The position numbers were made by a program, and so were the translations under genes. Below the pieces are notes generated by a model. That model was not told the DNA's origin. It saw nothing but the letters and a program-made list of their open reading frames with translations, and did no database searches. Positions 27,829 to 38,900 of a stretch of DNA of 64,000 bases are shown one piece after another. Source of the DNA: Vicinamibacterales bacterium (GTDB taxonomy: Bacteria; Acidobacteriota; Vicinamibacteria; Vicinamibacterales; UBA8438); NCBI GenBank assembly GCA_965215105.1, contig OZ244051.1, positions 4,866,896 to 4,930,895 of the forward strand. The letters run 5' to 3'. Each line of letters opens with the position of its first letter. Positions within the stretch are counted from its first letter, which is position 1.

Positions 27829-30762
27829 CTACGGCGCAGGTTCCCGAGCTTCGTCACCCGAGAGACCGAACTGCGTATCGAGCAGATCGCGGTTCATCTC
27901 GACGGTCTCCGACGACTCGTCGACCGACAGCACCGCGTAGCCGTCGACGTTCAGCACCCGGCGCAGGGCCGACACGATGCCGCCGAGCCGGAACAGCGGG
28001 ACGCCGAGGCTCTCGGCCAGCGCGGGGAGGGTGAGCTTGCCGCCGCGGGCGTCGAGCGCGGCCAGGATGGCCCGGATGCGCTCGTCGGGCAGCGCCGTCC
28101 GCGCCGCCTGCTTGCGCTGCTCGGCGAACAGATCCGTGCCGAACAGGCGGTCGATCCACGTCTCGGCCGAATGGGGCGCCTCCGGCTCCAGAGCCGCGAA
28201 CAGGTCCCCGGTCTCCCCCCGGGGCGGCGGTCGGCGAGCCGGTGCCGCCGGCCGGGGTTCGTTCGCCCCGGCAACCGCGTAGTCGACCGTCCCGCCAGGC
28301 GCCGGCGCCGCGGATGCGGGCGCCGCGTCCGTTCCGCCCCGCCATCGCCACCAGGCCGGCTCCTCCGGCCCGACTTCGCGCCACCCGGCGAGCTGCGCCG
28401 TCGTCTCCGGCAGGGCGAAGACGCCGAGCGGAAGCACCACCTCCTGCGGCGACGCTCCGCCGTGGTAGCCGTTTTTCTTCATGCCGAAGCGGACGCGCTC
28501 GCTCCACGGCGCCAGCAGGCGGCCGCCCTCGGCGACGACGCGCGGACCCTGCAGCAGCACCTCGTCGTCCGCGGGCGGGCCGGCGGCGGGCCGCCAGCGC
28601 TCCGCGCCCCCCTCGGCGACGTCGCGCAGCGTCGTCCCGCGCTCGAGCACGTGGCCATGGTCGCTCGCGAGCACCACGACCCGTCCGCTCGAGCGGCAGG
28701 CTTCGAGCAGGTCCTCCAGGGGGCCGATGTACCGCGCGGTCCACGGGACGGGCACCTGGTCGCCCTTCGCGAGGTGGTCGTCGACGGCGTTGATCACGAC
28801 GCCCACGACGCGGCGGTCGGGGTCGGCGACGGCCTCGGCCACGCGGGGGGAGACGCCGGCCGCGCCGGCTTCGCGCAGGTCGCCCTTGTGAAAGAGCACC
28901 GGCGGTGCGCCGGGTGTGCAGGCCGAGCGCAGGCCGTCGTGCCGGGCGAAGCCGTCCTTCTCCTTCGCGGCGTTCCCGGCGGCGACCGCGCCGCAGAGCA
29001 GACTCGTCCGCGACACCTCGGTCACCGTGGGCAGGGCGGCGACGACCACGGGACGTTCCGGTGCATCCTCCGCCACCAGCTCGATCCATCCGCGCCACAT
29101 CAGGTCGTGCTCGAGCTCGCGGAAGACGGCCATGCTCATCGCGTCGACCACCAGCAGCAGCACCGGCTGCACCCGGGCGAGGGGCGCGACGCACCGGTCG
29201 AGCACCGCCTCGACGCCGAGCAGGCTCCGCTCGTGGGGGCCGGCGCCCGGCCAGCCCGCGAGGAGCCCGCCGAACGCCCGGTTCTCCTGCTCGCGCGCCT
29301 CGTCCGCCCGCTGCGCCAGGGCCGCGTACGCCTCCGCGACGACCGGCGACGGGTCGCCGTCCCAGAGCCGCGCGCGCGCCCGGTCGACGAAGCCGCCCTC
29401 ACGCGCATAGCCGCGGGCGGCCCCGCCGAACGCGCGCGCGGCCGCGGCGTCGCCGCGCCGCCGCGCCGCGAGCCAGCCCGACAGTCGCAGGGCCATCTCG
29501 ACGCCGGCGGCGCGGCGCGGCTCGCCCGCCGCGAGCGCGTGGTCGAGCACCCGGTCCGCGGCGTCCCGCAGCGGGTCCGGAAGCGAAGCGACGGGCGTGT
29601 CGTGGCCGGCATCATGAGTCTGGCGGGCGGTCTGGTCCCGGCCCCCGCCGGCGGGGTCGGCGGCACCATCGGGCTCGCCGACCTCGTGACGCGCCAGCGG
29701 CGCGCCTGCCTCGCCGCCGACGAACGCGGCCAGCTCCCGTCCGAGCGCGGCGAGCCGCTGCTCGAGGGACGCCCGCAAGATCGCGCTCCGCCCGGCGAGG
29801 TCTTCGGCGCCCAGCGTCCGAATCAGGTCGTCGGCGTCGGCGAGCACCGCTTCCACCGCCCCGTGCGGTCCCGGTCCCGTCGCCTCCGCGGAAGGGGCTT
29901 CCGCGGGCGGGGCGAGCCGGCGCCGGACCACCCGCTCCGCCGCGGCCGTCCACCCGCGGGCGAGGGCCGCGTCCAGGTCGTGCAGGCCGAGCAGCGCCTC
30001 CAGCTTGCCCCTGGCCCTGGCCGCCCGTTCGTCGCCCTTTCCGTCGGCGTCGAACAGGACCCGCGCCACGAGGCCGACCGAGACGGTCCGGCGCCCGAGT
30101 CGTCCCGCGCACTCGAGAATCGCCCGCGCCGTGCGCCCCGCGCTGTCCTCCGCCGCGACGGCCAGCCCCGTCCGCACCGCTGCCGGCAGGGCGTCCAGCG
30201 TCCGCACGGGGTCGCCGTCCAGCGCCCACGCGAGCAGCGCCTCGGGGTCGCGCTCGCCGCGCGGGATGCCGGCGAGGGCCTCGAACAACCGGCGCCAGGC
30301 CGTCTCGGCGTCCAGGAACCCGCTCGGCGCCGGGGGGTAGCCGCTCTCGGGCTCCGCGTTGAGCAGCGCCGGCGCCGCCCACTCGTGGCGGTCGGCCAGG
30401 CGCGGGTCGACGTACTGGGCCTTGAACCGTTCCTTCACGAGCTGCCACGCCTCGATCGAGACCAGTTTGCGGCGGGCGAGCCGCGCAAGCACGTCCTCGC
30501 CCAGCTCGGTCTCCGGCAGGTCGGTCAGCACCACGAGCGGCGGACCGTCGGCGCGGAGGTCGACGAGGCGTTCGCGCAACGCCAGCACCGAGCCGCACCG
30601 GGCGACGGGGAGCTCTTCGGAACCGATTCGCAACGCCGGCGGCGCCGTCGCCGCGTCGTCGAGGACCGGCAGGCCGATGCCGATGACGCGCGCGTCCGGG
30701 TACTGCTTGCGGATCGACTCCACCTGGGCCCGTATCTGCACGAACGAGGGGACCCCGGTCAT
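27829..30762 (-). CDS. pglZ: BREX alkaline-phosphatase-superfamily protein PglZ
   Basis: Start at MTGVPSFVQIRAQVESIRKQ (residue 15 of ORF 27829..30804). PglZ core LLLVVDAMSMAVF..., VVVLASDHGHV. Confidence 0.88.
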   Translation of the reverse strand: MTGVPSFVQIRAQVESIRKQYPDARVIGIGLPVLDDAATAPPALRIGSEELPVARCGSVLALRERLVDLRADGPPLVVLTDLPETELGEDVLARLARRKLVSIEAWQLVKERFKAQYVDPRLADRHEWAAPALLNAEPESGYPPAPSGFLDAETAWRRLFEALAGIPRGERDPEALLAWALDGDPVRTLDALPAAVRTGLAVAAEDSAGRTARAILECAGRLGRRTVSVGLVARVLFDADGKGDERAARARGKLEALLGLHDLDAALARGWTAAAERVVRRRLAPPAEAPSAEATGPGPHGAVEAVLADADDLIRTLGAEDLAGRSAILRASLEQRLAALGRELAAFVGGEAGAPLARHEVGEPDGAADPAGGGRDQTARQTHDAGHDTPVASLPDPLRDAADRVLDHALAAGEPRRAAGVEMALRLSGWLAARRRGDAAAARAFGGAARGYAREGGFVDRARARLWDGDPSPVVAEAYAALAQRADEAREQENRAFGGLLAGWPGAGPHERSLLGVEAVLDRCVAPLARVQPVLLLVVDAMSMAVFRELEHDLMWRGWIELVAEDAPERPVVVAALPTVTEVSRTSLLCGAVAAGNAAKEKDGFARHDGLRSACTPGAPPVLFHKGDLREAGAAGVSPRVAEAVADPDRRVVGVVINAVDDHLAKGDQVPVPWTARYIGPLEDLLEACRSSGRVVVLASDHGHVLERGTTLRDVAEGGAERWRPAAGPPADDEVLLQGPRVVAEGGRLLAPWSERVRFGMKKNGYHGGASPQEVVLPLGVFALPETTAQLAGWREVGPEEPAWWRWRGGTDAAPASAAPAPGGTVDYAVAGANEPRPAAPARRPPPRGETGDLFAALEPEAPHSAETWIDRLFGTDLFAEQRKQAARTALPDERIRAILAALDARGGKLTLPALAESLGVPLFRLGGIVSALRRVLNVDGYAVLSVDESSETVEMNRDLLDTQFGLSGDEAREPAP

Positions 30763-30917
30763 GCGCCGTCCTTCCCCACCGCTCGGCGGCCGGAACGTCG
30801 GCATCGCGCGAACGAGGCGACCCCGGTTGTGCGCCGCCCTTCACTATTGCTCGGCGGCTGGGGCGGCGTCGGCGTCGCGCGAACGAGGGGACCCCGGTCA
30901 TGCGCCGTCCTTCTCCC
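30741..30917. repeat. about 70-bp tandem repeat (2.5 copies) spanning the pglY stop / pglZ start junction
   Basis: cgaacgagg.gaccccggt..tgcgccg.cctt starts at 30741, 30810 and 30881. The copy at 30881 holds the ATGA overlap with the pglY stop (30898-30901). The copy at 30741 holds the working pglZ ATG (30762). The middle copy has GTG/ACA instead. Confidence 0.88.
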
Positions 30918-33900
30918 CGCGCCGCAGCTTCCAGGTGATCTCCAGCCGCGCGCCGGGCTCCTTGCGCAGCAGCTCGTCGAGCCCCGCCGTGACCTCGCGC
31001 AGCCGTTCGGCGTCCAGTCCGCCCCGCGAGCCTTGGGGGGTGATGGTGGCGCCGACGCCCGAGCCGGCCGCGCCACCGCCCTCGAGCTGGCCGCCCGTGC
31101 CCCCGCCCCCGAGCTGGTCGCCCGCACCGCCGTCATCGAGCTGGCCGGCCGGGCCACCGCCCTCGAACTCGCCGCCAGCGTCCTCGCGTACGGCGGCCCC
31201 ACCCCGGCCGGTTTCCTGGCCGGCCGGTTGCGAGGGCTCGTCCTCCGCTCCCGTTGCGGGCGGCGTCGGTGTCGGTGTCACCGTCAACGGCGGGCGCGCC
31301 AACAGATTGGCGGCCCGGTGCGCCAGATCGGGAAGCCGGGGGGCGAGCGCCACGGCGTACTCGTCGGCGGCCAGTGCCTCTCGAAGGTCACTCAGAAGAC
31401 GCTGCGCGTCGTCCGCACGGTCGTCCGTCAGCCGGGCGAGCGGCGCGAAGAGCTGCCAATGGGTTCGCTCCAGAGCGTCCACGACCGCGCCCGCCTTGCC
31501 GATGCTCGTCCCCATCGCTTCCAGAGAGGTCGCGGGCTGCGTCTCCGCAAGATTCTCGATCCGCGCCCGGCCGCGAGGCGCGGTCAGCGACTGCACGAGG
31601 GCGCGGCTCGCGCGGGCGGTGCGGAGGCGTTTGGCGTCTTCTTCGTCGATGGAGAAGTCCGCGCCGAGGGCGGCGAGTCGTTCGACCAGCGTGTCGCACG
31701 CGGCGCCCTGCTTCGCCGCTGCCTCGCCGAGCCGCTCCGCCAGGTCGCTCACGTTGCTCGCGTTGCGCAACGGCGACACCGTCAGCCCGAACACCCTTCC
31801 GGCGCGTTCGACGGCGGTGGTCCAGGCTTCCTGCGCGGGCAGCGCCTCTTCGCGAAGCTCGACGTCGTCGGGCAGGTCGTCGAGCTTCGCGGGCCACGGG
31901 CCGCCGTGGCGCCGGAACGCGAGGTTCGCCTGATCCGCATAGACCAGGATGACGAGGTTCGCGGCCGCCGCCGGCAGCCCCATGCGCCGCGGGTGGTCCA
32001 TCGCTTCGCGCAGCTTGCCGACGGTGAGCGGCTTGTCGAGCCGCTCGAAACGGCTGAACCAGTGCCGGCCGACGACGAAATGGGTCTCGCCCATCTCGCC
32101 GAGCCGCAGGGGTACCGCGATCTGCGCCATCGACGGGCGCAGCGGCTTGTCGATGGCGACGCGTCCCTCCGGCTCTTGCACGGCGCGCGACACTTGCTCG
32201 TGCACGCGGCGTAGCGCCGGCGTCCTGACCGACGCGCCGAAGTCGGGGTGCACCGGGTAATGGCTCGCGCAAAGCTGGTCGAACAGGTTCCCGAGCGCCT
32301 CCCGCAGGTTGGCCCGCGCGGGGGGGCGGGGCTCGAACGCGGGATCGAGCGACTGGAAGTGCTCGGCCGGCGGGTGCGACTCGTCGACCGACCCGGGAAT
32401 GGGATTCTCGACGCCGTAGGCGCCCTCCAGGTAGTGGATCAGGCGCTGCCTGAGCTGGCTCTGCTGATTCCGCAGGAGCTCGCGCGCCGACGCCTGATCG
32501 ACCGGCGAGAGATGCGTCGCGAAGTCGCGCAGCCGCTCGCCGGCCAGGACGTGGTCGATGCGGACCAGCGTGCCCAGATCGCGCTGCGCCGAGGGGCTCA
32601 GGAAGGACGGCAGCCAGACCAGGGTCCGCGCCCGCGCGTCGCGCCCGCGGAAGTCGTTGAGCCGCGCGAGGTCGTCGGCCGGGGTATGACCCGGGTCGTC
32701 GAAGGGGAAGTCGATGACCACCTTGCGTTCGTCCCCCCGCGTCGCCAGCGACTCGTCGGGCAGCTCGCGTACGTTGGCGAAGATCACCTCGAAGCGACGC
32801 TGGGTGCCGCGCCACGCCGCGTCGTGGTAGAGCACGAGCTCGTCGCGGTTCTCGATGCCCAGCGCGTCGAACAGGACCTCGCGGACGAGCCGGCGCCGGT
32901 TGCCGGCGTTGTCGTGCCGGCCCGCGCCGGCGAGGATGCCCTCGGTGTCGACGGCCGAGAGCTGCAGGGTGATGACGGGATTGGCGGGATCGTCGCCAAT
33001 GCGGACATCCCCGATCTCGGCCGCCCAGGCGCGGCAGCGCCGCAGTACCTCCTGGCCTTCGCGCCCCTCGATCGGCGTGCGTATCGACCCGTGGTTGAGG
33101 GCCGCGAGCCGCGCCGCGGTCAGGTTCTTCAGCGCGTCGACCTCGGGCGCGAGGGCCGACAGCAGCAGCGTCTTGGCGAGCCGGTCGTCGGCGCGCAGGG
33201 CGCGGGCGGTGCGGTCGTCCCTGGGCCGCGCCGCCGCCTCCGCCTTCGAGATGCCGTGCCGGCCCTCGATGAGCGGCAGCAGCTTCCGGCGGTAGAGGTT
33301 CCGCGCGTTCTCGAAGTGGTGGCGCGCGCCCTCGGTGAACGGCTCGTCGCCCTCGGCGATCGCGTCGAAGAGGTCGCCCACGGGGACGATCTCGCCGAGG
33401 TCGAGCGTGTCCCGCCCGTCGACCAGCAACTGCAGCATCACCTTCAGCGCCGTCCGCTCGCGCTGGAGGAGCGACGACACCGCGACGAGGGTCTCGACCA
33501 GGGCCGGACTGAAGGGATAGACCTTGCGGAACGCGGCGGTGTCGGCGCGCGGGGTCAGCAGCGTCTCGAACACTTCGCGGCGCACCTTCTCGGTCTGCGC
33601 GTAGGCGTCGTCGATCTGCCGGCGCGCCGCCTCGCTCCGCGGGCGCAGCAGCCGGCGCGCGGCGATCTCGGGCAGGTTGCGGTCTTCCAGCGTGATGCGC
33701 TCGAAGCGGGCCTCCCACCACTGCAGCACGTCGGCGAACCCGAGCTGCAGCGCGCCCGTCACCTGCTCGCCCACCAGCTCGCGCAGGTCGCGCTGCCGCG
33801 CCACGAAGCTCACGATGGGGACGGCCCGGCCCGCCGTCTCCGCCTCGACGAGCTTCGAGACCTTCGGCCCCTCCTCGTTGAGGAAGCGGAGGTCGGCGGC

Positions 33901-34737
33901 GTGGGTCGCGAGCCACAGGATGAGCTCGTCGAGGAAGAGCACCAGGGCGTCGTAGCCCAGATCGCGCGCGTGCCGCGCGATCACCGCCAGCCCCTCGTCG
34001 AGGGGGACGAACGCCTCGTCGCTCCCCCGCGCCACGTCGCGGTAGCCGCGGAAGAACGAGTCGACGAGCGCGGCGACGAGCCGGCTGCGCTCCTCGGCCC
34101 CGGCGGGGGCGCCGAGGGCGGCCTCGAAGCTCGCGGCGTCCCACCGCGCCGAAAGATCGCCCCAGCCGGCGGCGCTCGCTGTAGTACTCGCGGCGGTCTC
34201 GTTCACGCGGTCGAAGAACGCCTCGTCGCCAATCTGCGCCCGCAGCCGCCGCGCGTCGTCGAAGAGCCCCGCGCTACGGTAGACGCCCGGCGTGGGCGCG
34301 TCGGGGTGGAGCTCGGCGACCCGCGCCGCGTAGCCTCCCAGCACCGCCGCCTCAAGGCTCGGCTTGCCGATCATGTGATAGGGCGCGAGCAGGAAGCGCC
34401 GGCCGGCGAGCCAGTCGCCGTGCCGCGTGACGACGCCTTCGAGACCCTCGGCGGCGCGGGCCTCCGCGTGCTGCTGCAGCAGCAGGTGGAGCACGGCCAT
34501 GAAGTGGCTCTTGCCGCTGCCGAAGCTGCCGTGCAGGTAGGCCGCCTTGCTCGAGCCCGACGCCAGCGCGCCCTTGATGAGGTCGAGCGCCCGGTCGAAG
34601 GCGTCGGCGAGCTGCGGCGTGACGACGTAGGTGCGCAGCGTCTCGGCGGGCTTCGCCACCCCCTCGGAGAGCCGCAGGACGAAGTCGTCGCGATGGACCC
34701 GTTCGGGGATGTCGATGAGGTCGCGGATGGGCGTCAT
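30898..34737 (-). CDS. pglY: BREX large P-loop ATPase PglY (BrxC-like)
   Basis: 1279 aa. AAYLHGSFGSGKSHFMAVLHLL Walker A, VLFLDELILW Walker B. Size and position between pglX and pglZ fit PglY. Confidence 0.85.
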   Translation of the reverse strand: MTPIRDLIDIPERVHRDDFVLRLSEGVAKPAETLRTYVVTPQLADAFDRALDLIKGALASGSSKAAYLHGSFGSGKSHFMAVLHLLLQQHAEARAAEGLEGVVTRHGDWLAGRRFLLAPYHMIGKPSLEAAVLGGYAARVAELHPDAPTPGVYRSAGLFDDARRLRAQIGDEAFFDRVNETAASTTASAAGWGDLSARWDAASFEAALGAPAGAEERSRLVAALVDSFFRGYRDVARGSDEAFVPLDEGLAVIARHARDLGYDALVLFLDELILWLATHAADLRFLNEEGPKVSKLVEAETAGRAVPIVSFVARQRDLRELVGEQVTGALQLGFADVLQWWEARFERITLEDRNLPEIAARRLLRPRSEAARRQIDDAYAQTEKVRREVFETLLTPRADTAAFRKVYPFSPALVETLVAVSSLLQRERTALKVMLQLLVDGRDTLDLGEIVPVGDLFDAIAEGDEPFTEGARHHFENARNLYRRKLLPLIEGRHGISKAEAAARPRDDRTARALRADDRLAKTLLLSALAPEVDALKNLTAARLAALNHGSIRTPIEGREGQEVLRRCRAWAAEIGDVRIGDDPANPVITLQLSAVDTEGILAGAGRHDNAGNRRRLVREVLFDALGIENRDELVLYHDAAWRGTQRRFEVIFANVRELPDESLATRGDERKVVIDFPFDDPGHTPADDLARLNDFRGRDARARTLVWLPSFLSPSAQRDLGTLVRIDHVLAGERLRDFATHLSPVDQASARELLRNQQSQLRQRLIHYLEGAYGVENPIPGSVDESHPPAEHFQSLDPAFEPRPPARANLREALGNLFDQLCASHYPVHPDFGASVRTPALRRVHEQVSRAVQEPEGRVAIDKPLRPSMAQIAVPLRLGEMGETHFVVGRHWFSRFERLDKPLTVGKLREAMDHPRRMGLPAAAANLVILVYADQANLAFRRHGGPWPAKLDDLPDDVELREEALPAQEAWTTAVERAGRVFGLTVSPLRNASNVSDLAERLGEAAAKQGAACDTLVERLAALGADFSIDEEDAKRLRTARASRALVQSLTAPRGRARIENLAETQPATSLEAMGTSIGKAGAVVDALERTHWQLFAPLARLTDDRADDAQRLLSDLREALAADEYAVALAPRLPDLAHRAANLLARPPLTVTPTPTPPATGAEDEPSQPAGQETGRGGAAVREDAGGEFEGGGPAGQLDDGGAGDQLGGGGTGGQLEGGGAAGSGVGATITPQGSRGGLDAERLREVTAGLDELLRKEPGARLEITWKLRRGEKDGA

Positions 34738-35099
34738 GTCGGGCCGGTCCGCGCAGTCCCAGCGTCAGCGCTCGGCGCCATTTCATAGACCGTCCTGCCT
34801 TCCCTCAACGCCGGCGCGATGACGAGCCAATGGGAGTCCTTGTGCCGCCGGAGGTCTTCCGGCCAGGCGACCACGATGTCGACCGGCGGGCGCGGCTTGG
34901 GCAGGCTGCGGTAGATCAGGGCGGCCGTTTTCCTGTGGTGACACTTGTCCTTCACGACAAGCAGGTCGAGATCGCTCGAAGACGTCATCTCGCCCCGGGC
35001 GGCGGAGCCGAACAGGATGATCTTCTCCGGCGCCACCGCGTCGACGATGCTCTCGACGATGCGCCCGACAACGCTGTCCAGCGACTCTTGATCCATCAT
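34734..35099 (-). CDS. minimal nucleotidyltransferase (MNT/MntA-like) domain protein
   Basis: Start at MMDQES (residue 35 of ORF 34734..35201). ILFGSAARGE...SDLDLLVV NTase motif. The stop overlaps the pglY ATG (ATGA). Confidence 0.75.
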   Translation of the reverse strand: MMDQESLDSVVGRIVESIVDAVAPEKIILFGSAARGEMTSSSDLDLLVVKDKCHHRKTAALIYRSLPKPRPPVDIVVAWPEDLRRHKDSHWLVIAPALREGRTVYEMAPSADAGTARTGPT

Positions 35100-35225
35100 C
35101 GTGATTATGCCGCGCCGGCCGGCGCGGCGGCAATCGCGGCCGGGGCGTCCGTGGCGGCACGGCCCCCTGCCGCAGCCTCGTTCTGCCCCGACCGGCGGCA
35201 CGCGGCGTACCGCGGGGCCATGTCG

Positions 35226-35654
35226 TCATGGGGATTCGCCAGGCGAGGCTCGGCCGGGGTCGGGCAACAGGAATCTGCACCTGGGACCGGGGGCTCGGCT
35301 CAGACGGGCATCGAGCGTGGCCAATGGTACGGCCAGCGCCTCTGCGCAGCCGACGTACCAGGCGTCGTAGGGCGTCAGGTTGGAACGCAGCTCCCAGATT
35401 CGTTCCGCGTACGGCCCGAAGGGCAGCAGATCGATCGGAAAGCCGACGATTTTCCGGTAGCCACCTGTCGCCTGCGGGCTGGATATCTCGTTCGCCATCT
35501 CGGCGCGCCGCAGTACGCGAGCAGCCTCGATCGGAGCCAACTGGGGCGCGATCAGGTGTTTGCTCGCGATGATGCCACGAGCCCAGCGGTCATTGGGTCC
35601 GGCGTTGAGCACCGCCGCAACCAGCAGGGAGGCGTCGATGACGACCGATTCCAT
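35226..35654 (-). CDS. vapC: PIN-domain toxin VapC
   Basis: 142 aa. VVIDASLLVAAVL, TPYDAWYVGCAEAL, LATLDARL. Confidence 0.8.
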   Translation of the reverse strand: MESVVIDASLLVAAVLNAGPNDRWARGIIASKHLIAPQLAPIEAARVLRRAEMANEISSPQATGGYRKIVGFPIDLLPFGPYAERIWELRSNLTPYDAWYVGCAEALAVPLATLDARLSRAPGPRCRFLLPDPGRASPGESP

Positions 35655-35660
35655 CGCCGG

Positions 35661-35903
35661 TCAGTCACGGCCACGGACAGCGTCGAGGTGACGGAGAATG
35701 TCCTCCGTCGCCATGTGTGTCCCGGACTCCTCGACCCGTTCGCGCACCGGCTCGCGCCATTGGTCGATGCACGGCCGCGAAGCCAGGCGCTCCAACTCGT
35801 CCCGCAAGTACACCTGCATCGACTTGTTGGCCCGGGCTGCGCGGGCCAACAACTCGTCACGCACCACTTCCGGGACGTCCCGCACCGTGATGTGTACGGC
35901 CAC
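35661..35903 (-). CDS. vapB: FitA/VapB-type antitoxin
   Basis: (V)AVHITVRDVPEVVRDELLARAARANKSMQVYLRDELERLA. GTG at 35903 (alternative TTG at 35939). Ends 6 nt before vapC. Confidence 0.7.
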   Translation of the reverse strand: MAVHITVRDVPEVVRDELLARAARANKSMQVYLRDELERLASRPCIDQWREPVRERVEESGTHMATEDILRHLDAVRGRD

Positions 35904-35966
35904 GGGTGAAATTATGTCGCGGTTCCGAGCGAGTCGCAACCGCGGCCGGACGGGTGGTCGTCGGCG

Positions 35967-38900
35967 TCATCCCGACGCCTTGCGGCGGCCCCGACGCTCG
36001 GGCGGCGCCCAGGCCTGGAGCGCCTCGCGGGTCAGCGAGAGCCCCCGCGCCTCGTCGTCGATGAACGCCTCGAAGTAGTCGCCCATCCCGACGTCGAACT
36101 CGGGGTCCGGCTGGTTGTGGTACTGCCGCACCCACGGCAGCAGCTCCAGCAGCGCCGCGAGGAGGGGCGTCAGCCGCTCGGCCGTCCAGCCTTCCTGTTC
36201 GCGCATCTGCGTGAAGTACCCGGCGACCGCCCGACTCTGCTCCAGCGCGTTCCAGCCCGCCCAGCCGACCACCAGCGACGGGTCCGCGTCGCGTTCGCAG
36301 AAGGGCAGGCTGACGAAGCGCTCCTTCGGCACGTCGAGCTTGCCGCGCAGGCGCCACCAGACGCCCTTGCGGAAGTCGGCCGACTCGTACCGCGGCGGGA
36401 CGGGGATCGCGCCGATCTCTTTCGCTTTCAGCGCCGCTGCCGCCTCCGGGGTGAGGTGTTCGGGATCCGATTCGGGCAGCTTCACCCGCGCGTCGATCGC
36501 ATCCTCGCACCGCTGGTGTTCCCACGTGCTCTCCCAGGCCGCGCGCTTGCGGAGTCCCGACGGCTTGTAGCGGAGGACGGGCAGCAGCGGGACGCTCTCG
36601 CCCTCCACCAGACCGGCGACCAGCTTCCCGACGTCGAAGTCCGGGCGCCCCGTGTACAGCTCCGCGACCTGCAGGAACTCGTGATCCTCCCGCATCCGGT
36701 CGGCCAATGCCGCGGCGGTCGTCAGGCGCGGCTCCGACCAGAGCGACGGGGCTTCCAGCCGATCGAGCAGCCAGCCTCGGAGCGCCCGCTCCTGCTGCGT
36801 CTCCCACGGTTTGTCGTTCCACCGACGCTTGTACTCCGGCTGTTCGATCAGGGCGACGCTCGCGTTCTTCTCGATGGTGTCGATCCGCCGCTGGACCAGC
36901 TCGCGGTACGCGGCCGGCCAATGCGTGGGGATCTCGGTGATGGGCGTCGAACCGTGCCGGCCGTGCCGCTCGAACCACTTCGTCTCTGCCTCGCCCGCCG
37001 CTACTTTGCGCGCCAGGACGATCTCGAAGGCGCGCTCGCCGAGGTGGATGGCCGGTATATCGCCACGGGGCAGGCAGAGGTCGTCTTTCATAATCCCGTA
37101 GAGACGGTAGCAGCGCCAGTCGAGCTCCTCCTGAAGAGCGATCATTCGCTCGCGGATTTCGTGGGCGCGTGTGCGTGCCGCTTCCAGGGAGACAGCGGAC
37201 GGCAAGCTGCGGCTGACCAGCGCGGCGGGAAGCACTTGAATCCTCTCCTGCCCGAGAGTGTCCAGTTCGCACGCGAGATCGACGGGTGGATTGGCGGCAA
37301 CGGGAAAAGTGAGGAGCTTCGTCCTGTCCCACTCTAGTCGCTCCTGCCAGCGGCCGTCGGGATAGCCGCCTCTCGGGAACAGGGTTGCCCGTCCCCAGAA
37401 ACACGCTGTCGAACTGTTGAGCAGACCGAGGAGTTCAAGGTGATCGTCCTCGCCAGCTCCCACCGGCAGCTTGATCACGGGCGCGGTTTGCTTGAAGACC
37501 TTACCGCCGCCGCGATCCAGCACGAAGTGGTTGTGCGTTGCGACGAACGCGAAGGCGAGCAAGAACTTGGATGTCAGGCGACCTCGCGCGAGATAACGGT
37601 ACTCATGCCATTGCAGGCCCGATTCCTCGGGTAACTTGCCGAACATGAGTCGGTTCTTGAGATTCGTCCGGAGAATCCAAAAAAGTTGGTGCAGCCGCCC
37701 GATCTCCGAAACAGGACGATATGGAACACTTGGTGAATTGTCGTCGTAGACAGCCGCAACGGCTTCTCCAGGAGCAATCTGCCAATCACGCACCGAGTCC
37801 CCTGTCCCGAATTCTCGCGTTGGCACCGAGTAGCGGCGCCAGAAGGACGGAGGCGCTACAAATGCTTCGTCTTCTCCCGTGATCGCCATGAACCCCACGG
37901 ACTCGACCAGGGAACCGAGGGAGCCGAGGTCCGCCTTGGCGGTGTTCTCGATGATCTCTTTGAGCTCCGTCGCTCCGCCCCCGCCGATGCTCCACGGATG
38001 CCCGTGGAAACGCTTCCGGGGCACGTCGGACACGCTCACGAACTCGCTTTCCGACCCGGGCCGGTCGATCTGCGCGACGACCGCCGACCAGACGCGACCG
38101 TGTGCGGGGTCATCCGGTATCGCGGGCTCGCCCTTGATGCCCATCACCGCGCGCACGCTCCGGTCGACGGACCGGCGGTGCCGTCCGAACAGGATCACGG
38201 TCGGCGTCCCGTGGCCGGGGATGTAGGCGCCGGACGTGTCGACCACGTGGGTCATGTCCCAGCGCGGGATGAACTCTTCGACGAGCTTCCTGCCGAACTC
38301 GCGCTTCATGAACGAGTTGGCCGTGATCATCCCGACGAAGCCCGCTGGTCCCGCTGCATCCGGCGGCGCGGGCGTCTGGGCGAGGTCGAAGAACCGCTCG
38401 GTGAACGGGACGGCGAGCGAGTACTTCCCATGACAGGAGCCGAAGCGCTTCCGGTACGCTTCATTCAGCGCCTTGTCCTTCGGCGTGACGTAGGGCGGGT
38501 TGCCGACCACGACGTGATAGCGCCGTCCGAGGATCTCGCGGAGCGCCTCTGCGTCCTCGGTCTCGTAGATGTGGGCCAGCGGGTTGTGTGAGGGATCGAG
38601 ATACTCCTGGCGTGCGCCGGTCAGGCCGGGCCGCGGGCCGTGGAACAGGGAGTCGCCCGCCGCCACGTGGAGCTGGAAGGCGGGCGCATCGGCGAGACGC
38701 CGCACGTCAGACGCGAGGAGCGCGGCGACGCACAGGCGGAAGCGGGCGATCGCGGCGGCGAAGGGATTCAGGTCGACACCCGCCACCTGTTCGAGAACGC
38801 GGCTGGCCCGCTCGCGCGGGTTCGTGCCCGGCTCGTGCCGCGCCCACAGCGCATCCAGACGCCGGAACGCGCCCAGCAGGAAATGGCCCGAACCGCAGGC

